DNA from: Myxococcota bacterium
Lineage (GTDB): Bacteria; Myxococcota_A; UBA9160; SZUA-336
Length of the DNA stretch: 64,000 bases
Direction of reading: 5' to 3'
Assembly (NCBI GenBank): GCA_965247115.1
Contig: CBDFGR010000002.1
Coordinates: 2,153,249 to 2,217,248, forward strand
Shown here: positions 28,673 to 38,838 of the stretch, one piece after another
How positions within the stretch are numbered: the stretch's first letter is position 1
Layout: each line of letters starts with the position of its first letter
Translations under genes and position numbers: made by a program
The notes under the pieces: generated by a model
What the model was told of the DNA's origin: nothing
Database searches by the model: none
The model's input: the letters and a program-made list of their open reading frames with translations, nothing else

Positions 28673-29555
28673 GGATGGTGGCTGTGGCGATGAGCATCAC
28701 GAAGAGCGGCACATGGATGGCGTGCCAGAGGCGAAACAGGCGCTCCCAGGCCGTGAACCGGACGATGCCGCGAAGGCGTTCGATGTAGAGGCGGGTGGCT
28801 GCTCGCTCCTCGTAGAGGACGGGATCGAGGTAGCCCATGCAGCGCCGGCGCAGTCGCCCGACCCTGAGACCCGACGTCAGCAGGCGCCAGGTAGCGGTGA
28901 GCGCGCTGCTCGGTGGGGTGGTGTGGCGGCTCTCGAATGCGGCCAGGGGCTCCAGGACCTCCGGGAAGACCTCCAGCAGCGGACGCGCCTTGCCCTCGGC
29001 CTGAGTCAGCGCCGAGAGAAGCTCGTTGGCCTGCGCCCGTCGTCCATATAGGCCGTAGTGGACCTTCAAGTACATAAATCGGCCGACGAGACCGCTTCCG
29101 GCGACGAGCAGGGTCGAGAAGAGGGCTACGCTGCTATTGGTAGAGCCCAGCTGGAAGTTCGAGTGGAAGAGGACCAGGATCGGGCCGACCACCCCAAGGA
29201 CCATGTGCCACCGAAACCAGTTTGGGAGCAAGCCCCAGGTCGCCATGGACGGCAGCCGCTTTCGGGCCGAGTACAGAAGGATGAGGAACATCGCGCCTGC
29301 ACCCGCCACTCCGAGCTGGTATCCGAGACCTTCCTCGGGGGTGATGTAGCGTTCTTCTCGAATCGACCACCCGGCCGCCAGCAGTGCCACGCAGACGCAG
29401 GTGGTCATCAGCCACGGCCGTGACACCCCGCGCGTGGGAGCTTGCAGCGGACCTCCGGTTCTTTGGCTAGCAGCTCGAGTTTCACTCAACAGCGGCGACC
29501 CACAGCTATCGCTGGCGGAGAGGCGTGAACGTCCCGCCCGTCGTGGCCAACGCAC
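28647..29555 (-). CDS. Inner-membrane protein with conserved His pairs (cytochrome b / ferric reductase-like); real start may be downstream (e.g. ATG 29408)
   Basis: About 5 TM helices; LLYSARKR, WFRWHMVLGVVGPILVLFH and LWHAIHVPL...IHVLAVHMY. Confidence 0.8.
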   Translation of the reverse strand: MRWPRRAGRSRLSASDSCGSPLLSETRAASQRTGGPLQAPTRGVSRPWLMTTCVCVALLAAGWSIREERYITPEEGLGYQLGVAGAGAMFLILLYSARKRLPSMATWGLLPNWFRWHMVLGVVGPILVLFHSNFQLGSTNSSVALFSTLLVAGSGLVGRFMYLKVHYGLYGRRAQANELLSALTQAEGKARPLLEVFPEVLEPLAAFESRHTTPPSSALTATWRLLTSGLRVGRLRRRCMGYLDPVLYEERAATRLYIERLRGIVRFTAWERLFRLWHAIHVPLFVMLIATATIHVLAVHMY

Positions 29556-29726
29556 CCGCTCTGATACCTATCGACCTCCGAGGGGGAACGTGTGAGCCCC
29601 ATGTGGGGACTCCTGGTAACTCGTCGACTCCCTTCGTGTTGCGGGGTATGCCAGACTGTCTCTTTCCGCTGGATCAAGCAGAGCCACTCGTTGGCCGCGC
29701 GTGCAGGCCCGAAAAGGAGAACGCGA

Positions 29727-30629
29727 ATGCGCATCGCACTGATGACCCTCGACCCTACGGCCGGGCTGGACGAGATCGTCCGCCAGGCGAGGGCTTCGGA
29801 ATCGGACGGGTTCCCCGTGCTTGCCATGCCGAACATCTTTGGCCACGACGCCATCGGGGCACTTACCGTTGTGGGCCGGGAGACCGAGCGGATCGAGCTC
29901 ATGACCGCCGTCGTCCCGATGCACCCGCGGCACCCTGTCGCCATCGCTCAGCAGGCGCTCACGGCTCAAGCCGCCGCCGGCGGGCGCTTCAGCCTGGGTA
30001 TTGGCCTCTCACACAAGATTGTGATCGAGAACATGCTGGGGCTGTCGTACACGCGGCACGCCGCATACACGCGCGAGTACCTCTCCGTGCTGAAGTCCCT
30101 GCTCGCCGGCGAGCAAGTCGCGTTCCGGGGCGAGTTCTTCCGCGTGAACGCCCAGGTCAGCGTTCCAGACGTCAGCGACGTGCCCATCCTGGTGGCGGCG
30201 CTCGGGCCGCGCATGCTCCAGGTGACGGGGGAGCTCGCAGACGGGACGATCACGTGGATGACGGGAACGAAGACCCTCGAGGGCTTCACGGTTCTGGCAA
30301 TCCGTGCGGCCGCTGAGGCGGCGGGTCGGCCCGAGCCGCGGGTCGTGGCGGGGTTCCCGATCGCGCTCACGAGTGACGCAGCCCGCGCCCGCGAGGAGGC
30401 CAGCAAGATCTTTCAGATGTACGGGACGCTTCCGTCCTATCGCGCGATGCTGGATCGCGAAGGCCTCAATAGCCCGGGCGACGTGGCCATCGTCGGCGAC
30501 GAGTCCGCGCTGCGCGCCGAGCTGGGACGGCTCCGCGATGCGGGCGTGACGGACTTCGGCGCGGCGCCGTATCCGGCGGACGAAGGCGCGCCCAAGCGCA
30601 CCCTGGAGTTCCTCAAGAGCGAGCTCTAA
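29727..30629 (+). CDS. LLM-class oxidoreductase, probably F420-dependent (TIGR03564-like)
   Basis: TAVVPMHPRHP, LGIGLSH, AALGPRML, ADGTITWM and YGTLPSYRAMLDREG motifs; AGGAG RBS. Confidence 0.85.
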   Translation: MRIALMTLDPTAGLDEIVRQARASESDGFPVLAMPNIFGHDAIGALTVVGRETERIELMTAVVPMHPRHPVAIAQQALTAQAAAGGRFSLGIGLSHKIVIENMLGLSYTRHAAYTREYLSVLKSLLAGEQVAFRGEFFRVNAQVSVPDVSDVPILVAALGPRMLQVTGELADGTITWMTGTKTLEGFTVLAIRAAAEAAGRPEPRVVAGFPIALTSDAARAREEASKIFQMYGTLPSYRAMLDREGLNSPGDVAIVGDESALRAELGRLRDAGVTDFGAAPYPADEGAPKRTLEFLKSEL

Positions 30630-30666
30630 CGTCGCTCCGAGAACCGCACTTCCTGCAGGCCTCGAC

Positions 30667-33327
30667 ATGACCCTTGTCGTTTCCTTCCCCGGGACCGCGC
30701 AGACGACTCTCGCGGAGGTCGGCGGGAAGGGGCTCTCCCTCATCAGGATGACAGAGGCCGGGTTGCGCGTTCCACGGGGGGCCGTGCTTACCACAAGCTT
30801 CTTCGAGCCATGGTTCGAGGAGCTCCGCGCCTCTGCACAATGGACGGCGCTGGCGATCAGCAGCAGGGACGAGTGGGGAGCAGTCACAGAGGCGCTGAAA
30901 GAGCTCTGCTCCGCGCTCCCGCTGACGGAGCGACAGGGAGATGCCCTGGAGCAGCTCCGCAAGAGCCTCGCCGGAGCGGGCCAGGAGGCGCTCTTCGCAG
31001 TGCGCTCGTCTTCGCCAGAGGAAGACCTGGCGTCGGCGTCATTTGCGGGTGGCTACGAGACCCGGCTGGGGGTGGGTTCGCAGGGGCTGGAAGCCGCAGT
31101 GCGACACTGCTTTGCCTCCAGCCTGGACGAGCGTGTACTCGTCTACAAGCAGGAGCACGGCTTCGACGTGCTCTCTCCCCGGATCGCCGTTGTCGTGCAG
31201 CAGCAGCTCGACAGCGAGGTAGCTGGAGTGGGCTTCTCGCTCAACCCGCTCACGAACGACTACGACGAGGCCGTCATCGACGCGAACTGGGGTCTGGGGG
31301 AGTCGGTCGTTGCGGGTCGAGCGTCGCCCGACCACTTCGTGGTCGACAAGGTCGACCGGCGCGTCCTGGAGAGGACGCTGGGAGCGAAGCAGGTGTCCAT
31401 CTGGCTCGATCCGAACGGTGGAACGCTCGAACGGCAGAGCCACCGCTCGGCGGAGAGCACTCTGCGCGACGCGCAGGTCAGCGAGCTGACCAACGTGCTG
31501 TGCCGGATCGAGGAGCTCTACGAGCGGCCGATGGACATCGAGTGGGCCTACGCCGGCGACGAGCTCTACGTGCTCCAGGCGCGCCCGATCACGGCCTGGG
31601 TTCCGCTCCCACCCGAGATGCTGACGAAGCCGGGCGAACGACGGCGGCTGTACATGGACGCAGCCCTCTCGGACGGGTTGACGATCAACGGAGCCATCTC
31701 GCCGATGGGGCTCGACTGGGTGGAAGACGTGCTGCGCGGCCTGTTCGGGCCGCTGGTCGGCTCGCCGTTTCTGAGCGGCACCCCTCAGTCCGGCCTCTCT
31801 TTTACCGCCGGGTGCCGGGCGTACACGAACCTGTCCGAGCTGTTGTGGCTCGCGAGCCCGAAGGCGCTGGCCGCGAACGGCGCCTCCTACGTCAACGCGC
31901 TCCTGGCCGAGACGCTGGCCAGCGTCGACCGGAAGCGCTACCGCACGGCAGCGAAACCGGCGTACCTGCGCTTCTGGACGGTGAGATGGATTCCCCTGGC
32001 CCTATGGGGCTTGCGGCGCTTCCTCTGGAACTCGCTTCGGGGGATCGTGTCTCCCGAGCGGGTGTACCGGGCTTACGCGCCCATTGTCAGGGCCTACGAA
32101 ACAGAGATGACCCGGAACGTCGACTACGGGCTTCCTCTGGCCGAGTTCCGACGCCGGTATCCCGAGGAGTGGGGGCCACTATTCTTCGACGTGACGCTGC
32201 CCGCGCTCGCGGCCTTTGTGGTGGGCGGACTCATGACCGTCGATCGCACGTTCCGCAGGGAGTCGGCGGAGGGGCTGGCCCTCGCCGACAACCTCAAGCG
32301 GGGCTTCCCCGGCAACGTGGTCGTCGAGATGGGCATCGCCCTGTTCCGCCTGGCGAAGCTCCTCGACCGCTCCGAGCTGGCCGACCAGGCGGAGCTGGCT
32401 GAGCGGATCCGGAACCGCGAGATGGCCCCGGAGTTTCTGGAGGCATGGGACGGCTTTCTCGAGAAGTTTGGCTGTCGCGGTCCCCTGGAGATGGATCTGG
32501 CCAGCCCGCGCTACGCCGACGACCCTTCGCTCGCTGTGCGACAGATGTCCTGCATGAGCGTCGACGAGGGGAGCTTCGATCCCGAGGCGGCCCATCTGCT
32601 CCAGATCGATGAACGGCGACGAGCGTACGAAGAGCTGATGCGCAGCGCGGGCTGGTTGCGGCGGCGGAGACTGAGGCGCGCCTACCGAATCATGGATCTC
32701 CTGGCCGGAACCCGCGACGATCCCAAGTACCACCTGATCCTGATGAGCTACGCGGTCCGCAAGCGCGTCCTGATCGAGGGCCGACGTCTGGTCGACGCCG
32801 GTCGCCTGGACGCGCCCGATCACGTCTTCGACCTGGTGTTCGACGACCTCGAGATGGCCGAGCGGGATCCTTCGCTGGATCTGCGCCAGCGTCGCAAAGA
32901 GCGGAAGCTGTTCCCCGACCTGCTCAAGGCCCATGTGCGGGAGTTCCCTCAGCTGATCGACTCGCGCGGCCAGATCTTGCGTCCGCCGCCCCGACTGGAG
33001 AAGCCCGGCGAGCTGAGTGGGGTGTCTGTCTCGCCTGGTGTGGTGACGGGTCCCGTCAAAGTGCTGCACGACCCGCACCAGAAGCCGATCGAGAAGGGCG
33101 ACATCCTGGTCGCCTACACGACCGACCCGGGCTGGACGCCCCTGTTCGTGAACGCCGCCGCGGTCCTGCTGGAGGTGGGGGGTATCCTCCAGCACGGTGC
33201 GGTGATTGCGCGGGAATATGGCAAGCCGTGCGTCGCAGGCGTCGATCGCTTGATGACAAAGCTGCACGACGGCCAGCGGGTCGAGGTCGACGGCACGGCT
33301 GGGGTGATCCGTCTTCTGGACGACTAG
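30667..33327 (+). CDS. PEP-utilising enzyme family kinase with rifampicin-phosphotransferase-like architecture
   Basis: VGGKG, AVRSSSPEED...SFAG and DIEWA...LQARPIT; C-terminal His domain TDPGWTPLF...GGILQHGAVIAREYG. Confidence 0.88.
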   Translation: MTLVVSFPGTAQTTLAEVGGKGLSLIRMTEAGLRVPRGAVLTTSFFEPWFEELRASAQWTALAISSRDEWGAVTEALKELCSALPLTERQGDALEQLRKSLAGAGQEALFAVRSSSPEEDLASASFAGGYETRLGVGSQGLEAAVRHCFASSLDERVLVYKQEHGFDVLSPRIAVVVQQQLDSEVAGVGFSLNPLTNDYDEAVIDANWGLGESVVAGRASPDHFVVDKVDRRVLERTLGAKQVSIWLDPNGGTLERQSHRSAESTLRDAQVSELTNVLCRIEELYERPMDIEWAYAGDELYVLQARPITAWVPLPPEMLTKPGERRRLYMDAALSDGLTINGAISPMGLDWVEDVLRGLFGPLVGSPFLSGTPQSGLSFTAGCRAYTNLSELLWLASPKALAANGASYVNALLAETLASVDRKRYRTAAKPAYLRFWTVRWIPLALWGLRRFLWNSLRGIVSPERVYRAYAPIVRAYETEMTRNVDYGLPLAEFRRRYPEEWGPLFFDVTLPALAAFVVGGLMTVDRTFRRESAEGLALADNLKRGFPGNVVVEMGIALFRLAKLLDRSELADQAELAERIRNREMAPEFLEAWDGFLEKFGCRGPLEMDLASPRYADDPSLAVRQMSCMSVDEGSFDPEAAHLLQIDERRRAYEELMRSAGWLRRRRLRRAYRIMDLLAGTRDDPKYHLILMSYAVRKRVLIEGRRLVDAGRLDAPDHVFDLVFDDLEMAERDPSLDLRQRRKERKLFPDLLKAHVREFPQLIDSRGQILRPPPRLEKPGELSGVSVSPGVVTGPVKVLHDPHQKPIEKGDILVAYTTDPGWTPLFVNAAAVLLEVGGILQHGAVIAREYGKPCVAGVDRLMTKLHDGQRVEVDGTAGVIRLLDD

Positions 33328-33328
33328 C

Positions 33329-33856
33329 TCAGCTTCCAGCAAGCACCTTGACGCTGCCGAAGATCGCGCGACCGTCGATACGGAAGTAGGGTGGCTCCGG
33401 GGGAGGGGAGGGAGCTGGGAGATCCTGATCGCGCTCCCCCGTGACCCACTTGCGGATCCGTTCCCCCACCCCTTTTTTGCTCACGTGCTGCTCGATGCTT
33501 CCGCAGAACGGCGTACCCTCGAGCTCGATCTCCGCGCCATCGGGCACGATGATCTTGACCTCGCCGAAGATCGCCTGGGCGTCGATTTCGATCATTCCGC
33601 TCGGCGGCAGCTCGGCGAGCGTGAAGTCCAGCGTGACCTCCCCGCAGATGGCACGCACCTGGATCTCGTCGGCCGGCTCCCAGCGCCCGGCGCGCTGGTT
33701 GGAGCTGCAGATGGCCCGAAACGATTCCTGCGTGAGCGGATGGTCATCCGTGGCCTGGAGCGCGGGGCTGGCCTCGGGCGAAGCTGCCAACGGGGAGGCG
33801 GGCACAGCCGCGAGCTGCGGTTTGCTCTGCGAGGGGTCGTCGTTGCCATCCTGCAT
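33329..33856 (-). CDS. LiaF/DUF2154-like (DUF1707-associated) protein
   Basis: AICGEVTLDFT, AIFGEVKIIVP and GRAIFGSVKV repeats. Confidence 0.7.
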   Translation of the reverse strand: MQDGNDDPSQSKPQLAAVPASPLAASPEASPALQATDDHPLTQESFRAICSSNQRAGRWEPADEIQVRAICGEVTLDFTLAELPPSGMIEIDAQAIFGEVKIIVPDGAEIELEGTPFCGSIEQHVSKKGVGERIRKWVTGERDQDLPAPSPPPEPPYFRIDGRAIFGSVKVLAGS

Positions 33857-34042
33857 CGCTCCATGATGGCAGAGAAGCCCCGCCGAATCACCCGCCACGC
33901 CCGACAGGCACAATTCCGAGTCGACCTCCGGCGATTGTCAACTGCGCGAGCAAGAGCCGGCTGGTCCAGCGTTTCCAAGCGCGAGACGGCAAAACCGCTA
34001 GTGAACCAATTGCGACGCTGTGGAATCTGATATGTTGGCGCC

Positions 34043-35095
34043 GTGAATCTGGCCGATCAGTGTATCCGAGGCGCCCCCCTGGAGGCCTCAACGCTCGCGG
34101 GGCTGCTGGATGGGAAGGCTCCCCTGCTCCCGCTCCTTCACGAGGCTTTTGTAGCGCGGGAGTACTTCTGGGGGCGAACCGTACAGGTTCACGTGCTGAA
34201 CAATGCGCAGAACGCTCGCTGTCCGGAGGACTGCGGCTACTGCTCACAATCGAACGTCAGCCTCGCACCGCTCAAGCCCTATCCTTGGAAGTCCAAGGAC
34301 CAGCTACTCGCCGAGGCGCGCAACGCCTACCAGGTCGGTGCCTACCGCTACTGCATCGTGGCGAGTGGTCGCGGCCCTACGAAGAAACAGATCGAGCGGC
34401 TCGCCGAGGCAGTGTGGGAAATCAAGCGCGAGGTCCCGGTCCAGATCTGTGTATCACTGGGTCTGCTTGATGCCGCGACGGCACAGACGCTCAAGGACGC
34501 GGGCGTCGACCGGCTCAACCACAACCTAAACACCAGCGAGTCGCGCTACGGGGAGATCTGTACGACGCACACCTACGCCGATCGCATCGCAACCATCGAG
34601 GCGGCCCGCAGCGTCGGTCTCGAGAACTGCTGCGGGATGATCGTGGGTATGGGCGAGAACGATGACGAGATCGTCGAGGTTGCTCTCCGACTCCGCGAGC
34701 TCGAGGTCGCCTCGATCCCGATCAACTACCTGATCCCGATCGAGGGCAATCCGATCCAGACGGACCACAGCATCACTCCGGACCGCGCTCTTCGAATCCT
34801 GGCGATGTTCCGGCTCGCCAACCCGAGCGCCGAGATCCGGATCGCCGCCGGACGCGAGGGCCACCTGGGAGCGATGGAGCCACTCGCGCTTTACCCGGCC
34901 AACTCGCTCTTCGTCGAGGGCTATCTGACGACGCGGGGACGTCCGGCGAGAGACACCTACAGGATGATCCGCGACGCCGGATTCACGGTCTCGCGCGCGG
35001 ACGGCTCGCAGGTCTCCTGGGAGGAGCTCGGTGTGGACCGGGCCTTTCGCGTCGGGAGCTCGGACGACATCCTCAAGCCGGAGGTTGTCCGCTAG
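34043..35095 (+). CDS. bioB: Biotin synthase
   Basis: CPEDCGYCSQS radical SAM motif, NHNLNTS, THTYADR, IRIAAGRE and GYLTT. Confidence 0.95.
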   Translation: MNLADQCIRGAPLEASTLAGLLDGKAPLLPLLHEAFVAREYFWGRTVQVHVLNNAQNARCPEDCGYCSQSNVSLAPLKPYPWKSKDQLLAEARNAYQVGAYRYCIVASGRGPTKKQIERLAEAVWEIKREVPVQICVSLGLLDAATAQTLKDAGVDRLNHNLNTSESRYGEICTTHTYADRIATIEAARSVGLENCCGMIVGMGENDDEIVEVALRLRELEVASIPINYLIPIEGNPIQTDHSITPDRALRILAMFRLANPSAEIRIAAGREGHLGAMEPLALYPANSLFVEGYLTTRGRPARDTYRMIRDAGFTVSRADGSQVSWEELGVDRAFRVGSSDDILKPEVVR

Positions 35096-36267
35096 ATGGA
35101 CAAGTCCTTCAGGTTGTAGTTGCGGATCACGCGCTCGAAGTTCGCTTCTGTGAAACGAAACTGGTCTTCCAGGCCCGCGAACGGCCGGTAGCGAAAACGG
35201 CGCTCTTGGGGGTAGTGCCCAGCGCGCGCGTCGATCGCCACCGCGATCACGCTCGCCCGCTCGAAGATCCGGTCCGCGTCGTAAACCACTGCGGACTTCT
35301 GGCCGAACGCGCCCCTGGCGCCCAGCACCGACGCGCGGCGATGGAAGCCAAAGGTGAGCGACACGCGGAGATCCGGCGAGGTGTTGGCGAAGGAGGCGTG
35401 CAGCAATTGCCGGTTGGCGATCGTCACATCGCCGGGCTTGCACACAAGGGGCACCGCACCGGGAAGCAGCTCGGACCCGGCGTTCTCGGCAACGAGCGCG
35501 CGGATGTCGATCCGACCCTGCTTGTGCGCACCCGGCACCACCCACAGACAGTTGCGCGGCGTGCAGTCGTACAGCTGGACCTGGAAGTTGAAGCCGTGGA
35601 TCCCCTCGTCCCAGTTGGGTGAGTCCCAGTGCGTCACGCCGTCTTGATGCCATGCGACCGAGCCGCCCAGACCCGGGAGCTTGACGAATGTCGCATCGTT
35701 GTACGGCACGAAGTCCTCGCCGTTGATGGCCTCGGCGATCGCCAGGAGGTCGGGATGTTCGTACAGACGCAGACCGGACTCCATCGTCTGGCACATCCCC
35801 AAAAGCAGGTGCACCACCTCAGCAGGCGCGTCCCCGGCGGGGACCGGCTGGGTCATCCGGGTCGGATGCCGACCGTTCAGGAGCTCGGTGCCACCCCAGG
35901 GGTCCGACAGAGGCTTGACGAAGAGATACGGGTTCACCGCAAACTCGCGCCCGAACGCTGGCCGCCCGTGCGCGTCGACCTCCGCGTGCTCCCCCGTGGG
36001 CGCGCGGTCGAGCAGGGAGGCGACGTCGGCGCGGAGCTCCCGGATCTCGGCTGGATCGATCACTCCCTCGAACACGTAGCAGCCATGTCTCCAGTACGCC
36101 TCCAGGATGTCCGGATGCAGCGCGCCGCTCGCGTCGAAGCGGATGGGGCCGCGGTTGTCCAGTTGCGCAGCACGCCACGCACCCTCGTCCGCGTAATCAG
36201 TCAGGTCCGCCGCGTGCTGGGCGGCGGTCGGGTCCCTCTTCTCCGCGGTTTCTGCGCTTGAACTCAC
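35092..36267 (-). CDS. Phytanoyl-CoA dioxygenase family Fe(II)/2OG oxygenase
   Basis: VAWHQDG, CLWVVPGAH and LHASFAN motifs; GTG start at 36267 after GGAGG. Confidence 0.88.
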   Translation of the reverse strand: MSSSAETAEKRDPTAAQHAADLTDYADEGAWRAAQLDNRGPIRFDASGALHPDILEAYWRHGCYVFEGVIDPAEIRELRADVASLLDRAPTGEHAEVDAHGRPAFGREFAVNPYLFVKPLSDPWGGTELLNGRHPTRMTQPVPAGDAPAEVVHLLLGMCQTMESGLRLYEHPDLLAIAEAINGEDFVPYNDATFVKLPGLGGSVAWHQDGVTHWDSPNWDEGIHGFNFQVQLYDCTPRNCLWVVPGAHKQGRIDIRALVAENAGSELLPGAVPLVCKPGDVTIANRQLLHASFANTSPDLRVSLTFGFHRRASVLGARGAFGQKSAVVYDADRIFERASVIAVAIDARAGHYPQERRFRYRPFAGLEDQFRFTEANFERVIRNYNLKDLSI

Positions 36268-36375
36268 AGGCCTGCCCTCCACTTGGACCTGACCCCGGAT
36301 CCTATGGAGAGGGCTGCGGACATGCAAGGGGCTCTCCAGCGTATACAATGGGTCTCCATCACCGCGGAGGAACGC

Positions 36376-37401
36376 ATGAACCTCGGCCTCCTGTTTCCGT
36401 TCCGAAACCCGCCCCAGTGGCGTGTCGACTGGCCCGAGTTCTACGCCGAGCAGCTGCGCCAGATTCAGGTCGCGGAAGATCTCGGCTACGACACGGCGTG
36501 GCTCACCGAGCACCACTTTGCCGAAGACGGGTACGCGCCGTCGCTGCTGCCCATCGCGGCGAACATCGCCGCGCGGACCCGCCAGATCCGCATCGGCACC
36601 TTTTTGATCCTGCTGCCGCTGCACAACGCTCTGCGCGTGGCGGAGGACGCCGCGACCGTGGACATCCTCTCCAACGGCCGCCTCGACCTGGGATTTGGTC
36701 AGGGCTACGCGCCGAACGAGTTCGAGGGCTTCGGGATCTCCCGGCGCGAGCGTAGCTCGCGCCTTCGCGAGGGCGTCGAGGTCGTCCGTGGGGCATGGAC
36801 CCAGAAGCCGTTCTCCTACTCGGGGAAGCACTACCAGATCAAGGATGTGGAACTCTCGCCACCCCCCGTGCAGAGTCCGCACCCCCCGATCTGGGTCGGA
36901 GCTCGCGCGCCGACCGGCGTGAAGCGCGCGGCGCGCCTCGGCTGTCACTTTCTCGGAACGTGGGGGCCCGCCTTGCAGGAGCTCTACGACCAAACCCTGG
37001 TAGAAGAGGGCCGCGACCCCTCGAACTTCGGGGCGACGCAGCTGCACTTTACCTACGTGGCTCCGACGCGAGAGCAGGCGTTCGACGACTGCCAGGAACA
37101 CCTGCACTACCTGCTGACGTGGTACGGAAAGTGGGCGACTGCCGCCGCGGACATCAAGGGCGACCCGCTCGCGGCACCGGTGCCGCCAGCCTCGGAGCTG
37201 CGAAACCTGGACCCGACCCGGGCAAACGTCCCGGTGGTTGGGACGCCAGACGACGTAGCCAGGCTGCTCCTCGAGCACACATCGGCCTCGCGCACGACGC
37301 ATATCGTGCTCTGCATGCACATGCCTGGCCTCGCCCCAGAGAAGACGCAGCGCTCGATGGAGCTGTTCGCGAAAGAGGTCGCGTCCTCCCTTCGCTGCTA
37401 G
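36376..37401 (+). CDS. LLM-class flavin-dependent oxidoreductase
   Basis: WLTEHHF, VAEDAATVDILSNGRLDLGFGQGY and PPPVQSPHPPIWVG motifs; GGAGG RBS. Confidence 0.92.
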   Translation: MNLGLLFPFRNPPQWRVDWPEFYAEQLRQIQVAEDLGYDTAWLTEHHFAEDGYAPSLLPIAANIAARTRQIRIGTFLILLPLHNALRVAEDAATVDILSNGRLDLGFGQGYAPNEFEGFGISRRERSSRLREGVEVVRGAWTQKPFSYSGKHYQIKDVELSPPPVQSPHPPIWVGARAPTGVKRAARLGCHFLGTWGPALQELYDQTLVEEGRDPSNFGATQLHFTYVAPTREQAFDDCQEHLHYLLTWYGKWATAAADIKGDPLAAPVPPASELRNLDPTRANVPVVGTPDDVARLLLEHTSASRTTHIVLCMHMPGLAPEKTQRSMELFAKEVASSLRC

Positions 37402-37407
37402 CAGCTG

Positions 37408-37482
37408 AACATCCAGCGCAACATCATCGGCGAGCGGGGGCTGGGAGTCCCGCGGGACCGGGCCGCCCAGAGGAGTAGGTAG
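37408..37482 (+). pseudogene. C-terminal remnant of an acyl-CoA dehydrogenase
   Basis: Reads NIQRNIIGERGLGVPRDRAAQRSR*, the typical acyl-CoA dehydrogenase terminus, with no upstream body. Confidence 0.75.
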
Positions 37483-37484
37483 CC

Positions 37485-38555
37485 GTGGATTTCGACATCT
37501 CGGAGGAGCAGGAGCTGCTCCTCGGAACGACCCGTTAGCTGGTGGAGAACAAGTGCCCGCTCGTGCGTGTGCGTGAGGTCTTCGACGGCGACTCCGGTCA
37601 CGACCCGCAGTTCTGGAAGTCCCTGGTCGAGATCGGCCTGGGGGGGACCGCGATCCCCGAGGAGTTCGGCGGGGCAGGGCTCGAGCTGCTGGACCTGGCG
37701 CTGGTCGCCGAGGCGCTGGGGCACGGCGCCGCGCCCGGCCCCATCCTGGGCCACTCGCTCGCTGGACTTGCGCTGCTACTCGGCGGGAGCGACGAGCAGA
37801 AGAAGACCTGGCTGCCGAGGCTCGCGCTGGGCGAGGCGACCGGCACGGTGGCGTTCGCGGAAGCCGGTGGCTGGCAGCCCGACGACTGGACGTTGCGCGC
37901 GAACGCTACGCTCAGCGGTGTCAAGGAGCACGTCCCGTACGGATCCCTCGCGGAGCTGATCGTCGTTGGCACAGCAGACGGCGGACTCGTGCTGGTCGAG
38001 CGCGGCTCCGGGGTCAAGGCGGAGCCGATCGACGGGGCAGACCGCACCCGACGCCTCGACAGGCTTAGCTTCGAGGGGGCTCCCTTCGACCTGCTGCCCC
38101 ACGGACAGAAGGCCGCAGGCCGCGTTCGAGACGCTGGCCTGATCCTGCTCGCTGCCGATGCTTACGGCGGAGCGGCGCGCTGCGTGGAGATGGCGGCCGA
38201 GTACGCGAACACTCGCCAGCAGTTCGGTGTGACCATCGGCCACTTCCAGGCGCTCAAGCACCAGCTCTCGAACATGGCGATCAAGGTCGATCCCGTGCGC
38301 TTCCTTTGCTGGTACGCGGCGCATGCGTATGACCACATCCAGGAGGAGTCGGAGCGCTCGGCCGCACTGACCAAGGCGCACGCCACGTCGGTGTTCATGC
38401 AGACCGCGCGCGATACGGTCGAAGCTCACGGCGGTATCGGCTTCACGTGGGAATCCGACGTCCAGATCCTGTTCAAGCGCGCCATGTTCGACCGGGCGTT
38501 CCTGGGTGCGCCGGCGGTGCACCGGGAAAGGGCGGCCGCGCTGGCGGGCTGGTAG
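37485..38555 (+). pseudogene. Acyl-CoA dehydrogenase with premature TAG at codon 18
   Basis: GTG 37485 starts MDFDISEEQELLLGTTR*LVENKCP; TAG at 37536-37538; the rest is intact (HGGIGFTWE). Confidence 0.8.
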
Positions 38556-38592
38556 CTGCTGCCACAGCGGCTTTATGCGTTGCGCTACGTCG

Positions 38593-38838
38593 CTAGCCGC
38601 TCGACTTCGGTACCCAGTTCTGGAAGAGCTCCAGACAGTCGATGCGCTTGTGTGTCTTCGGGTACGTCTCTTCCAGATACGTACATACCTCGAGAATCGC
38701 ACGGATGGTTTGGGCACGATCGAGGTCTGAGTCTCGGATCTCGACCGTCACCGATTCCGGGACCTTGGTTGTGGAAGCCGCCGCAACGCCCCCTACGCAT
38801 GCTATGAGCGATCCGATCATCAACGCCTTCGTTCTCAT
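38593..38838 (-). CDS. Small secreted hypothetical protein
   Basis: AGGAG RBS; MRTKALMIGSLIACVGGVAAA signal-like N-terminus. Confidence 0.5.
   Translation of the reverse strand: MRTKALMIGSLIACVGGVAAASTTKVPESVTVEIRDSDLDRAQTIRAILEVCTYLEETYPKTHKRIDCLELFQNWVPKSSG

Noticed and set aside
33930..34042. BirA operator upstream of bioB
   Set aside because: Only one half-site-like TTGTCAAC is present, with no properly spaced inverted partner.
37536..37538. In-frame TAG as pyrrolysine or stop-codon recoding
   Set aside because: It falls at a non-catalytic N-terminal position, many intact genes here end in TAG, no pyl genes are visible, and a CAG>TAG nonsense change explains it.
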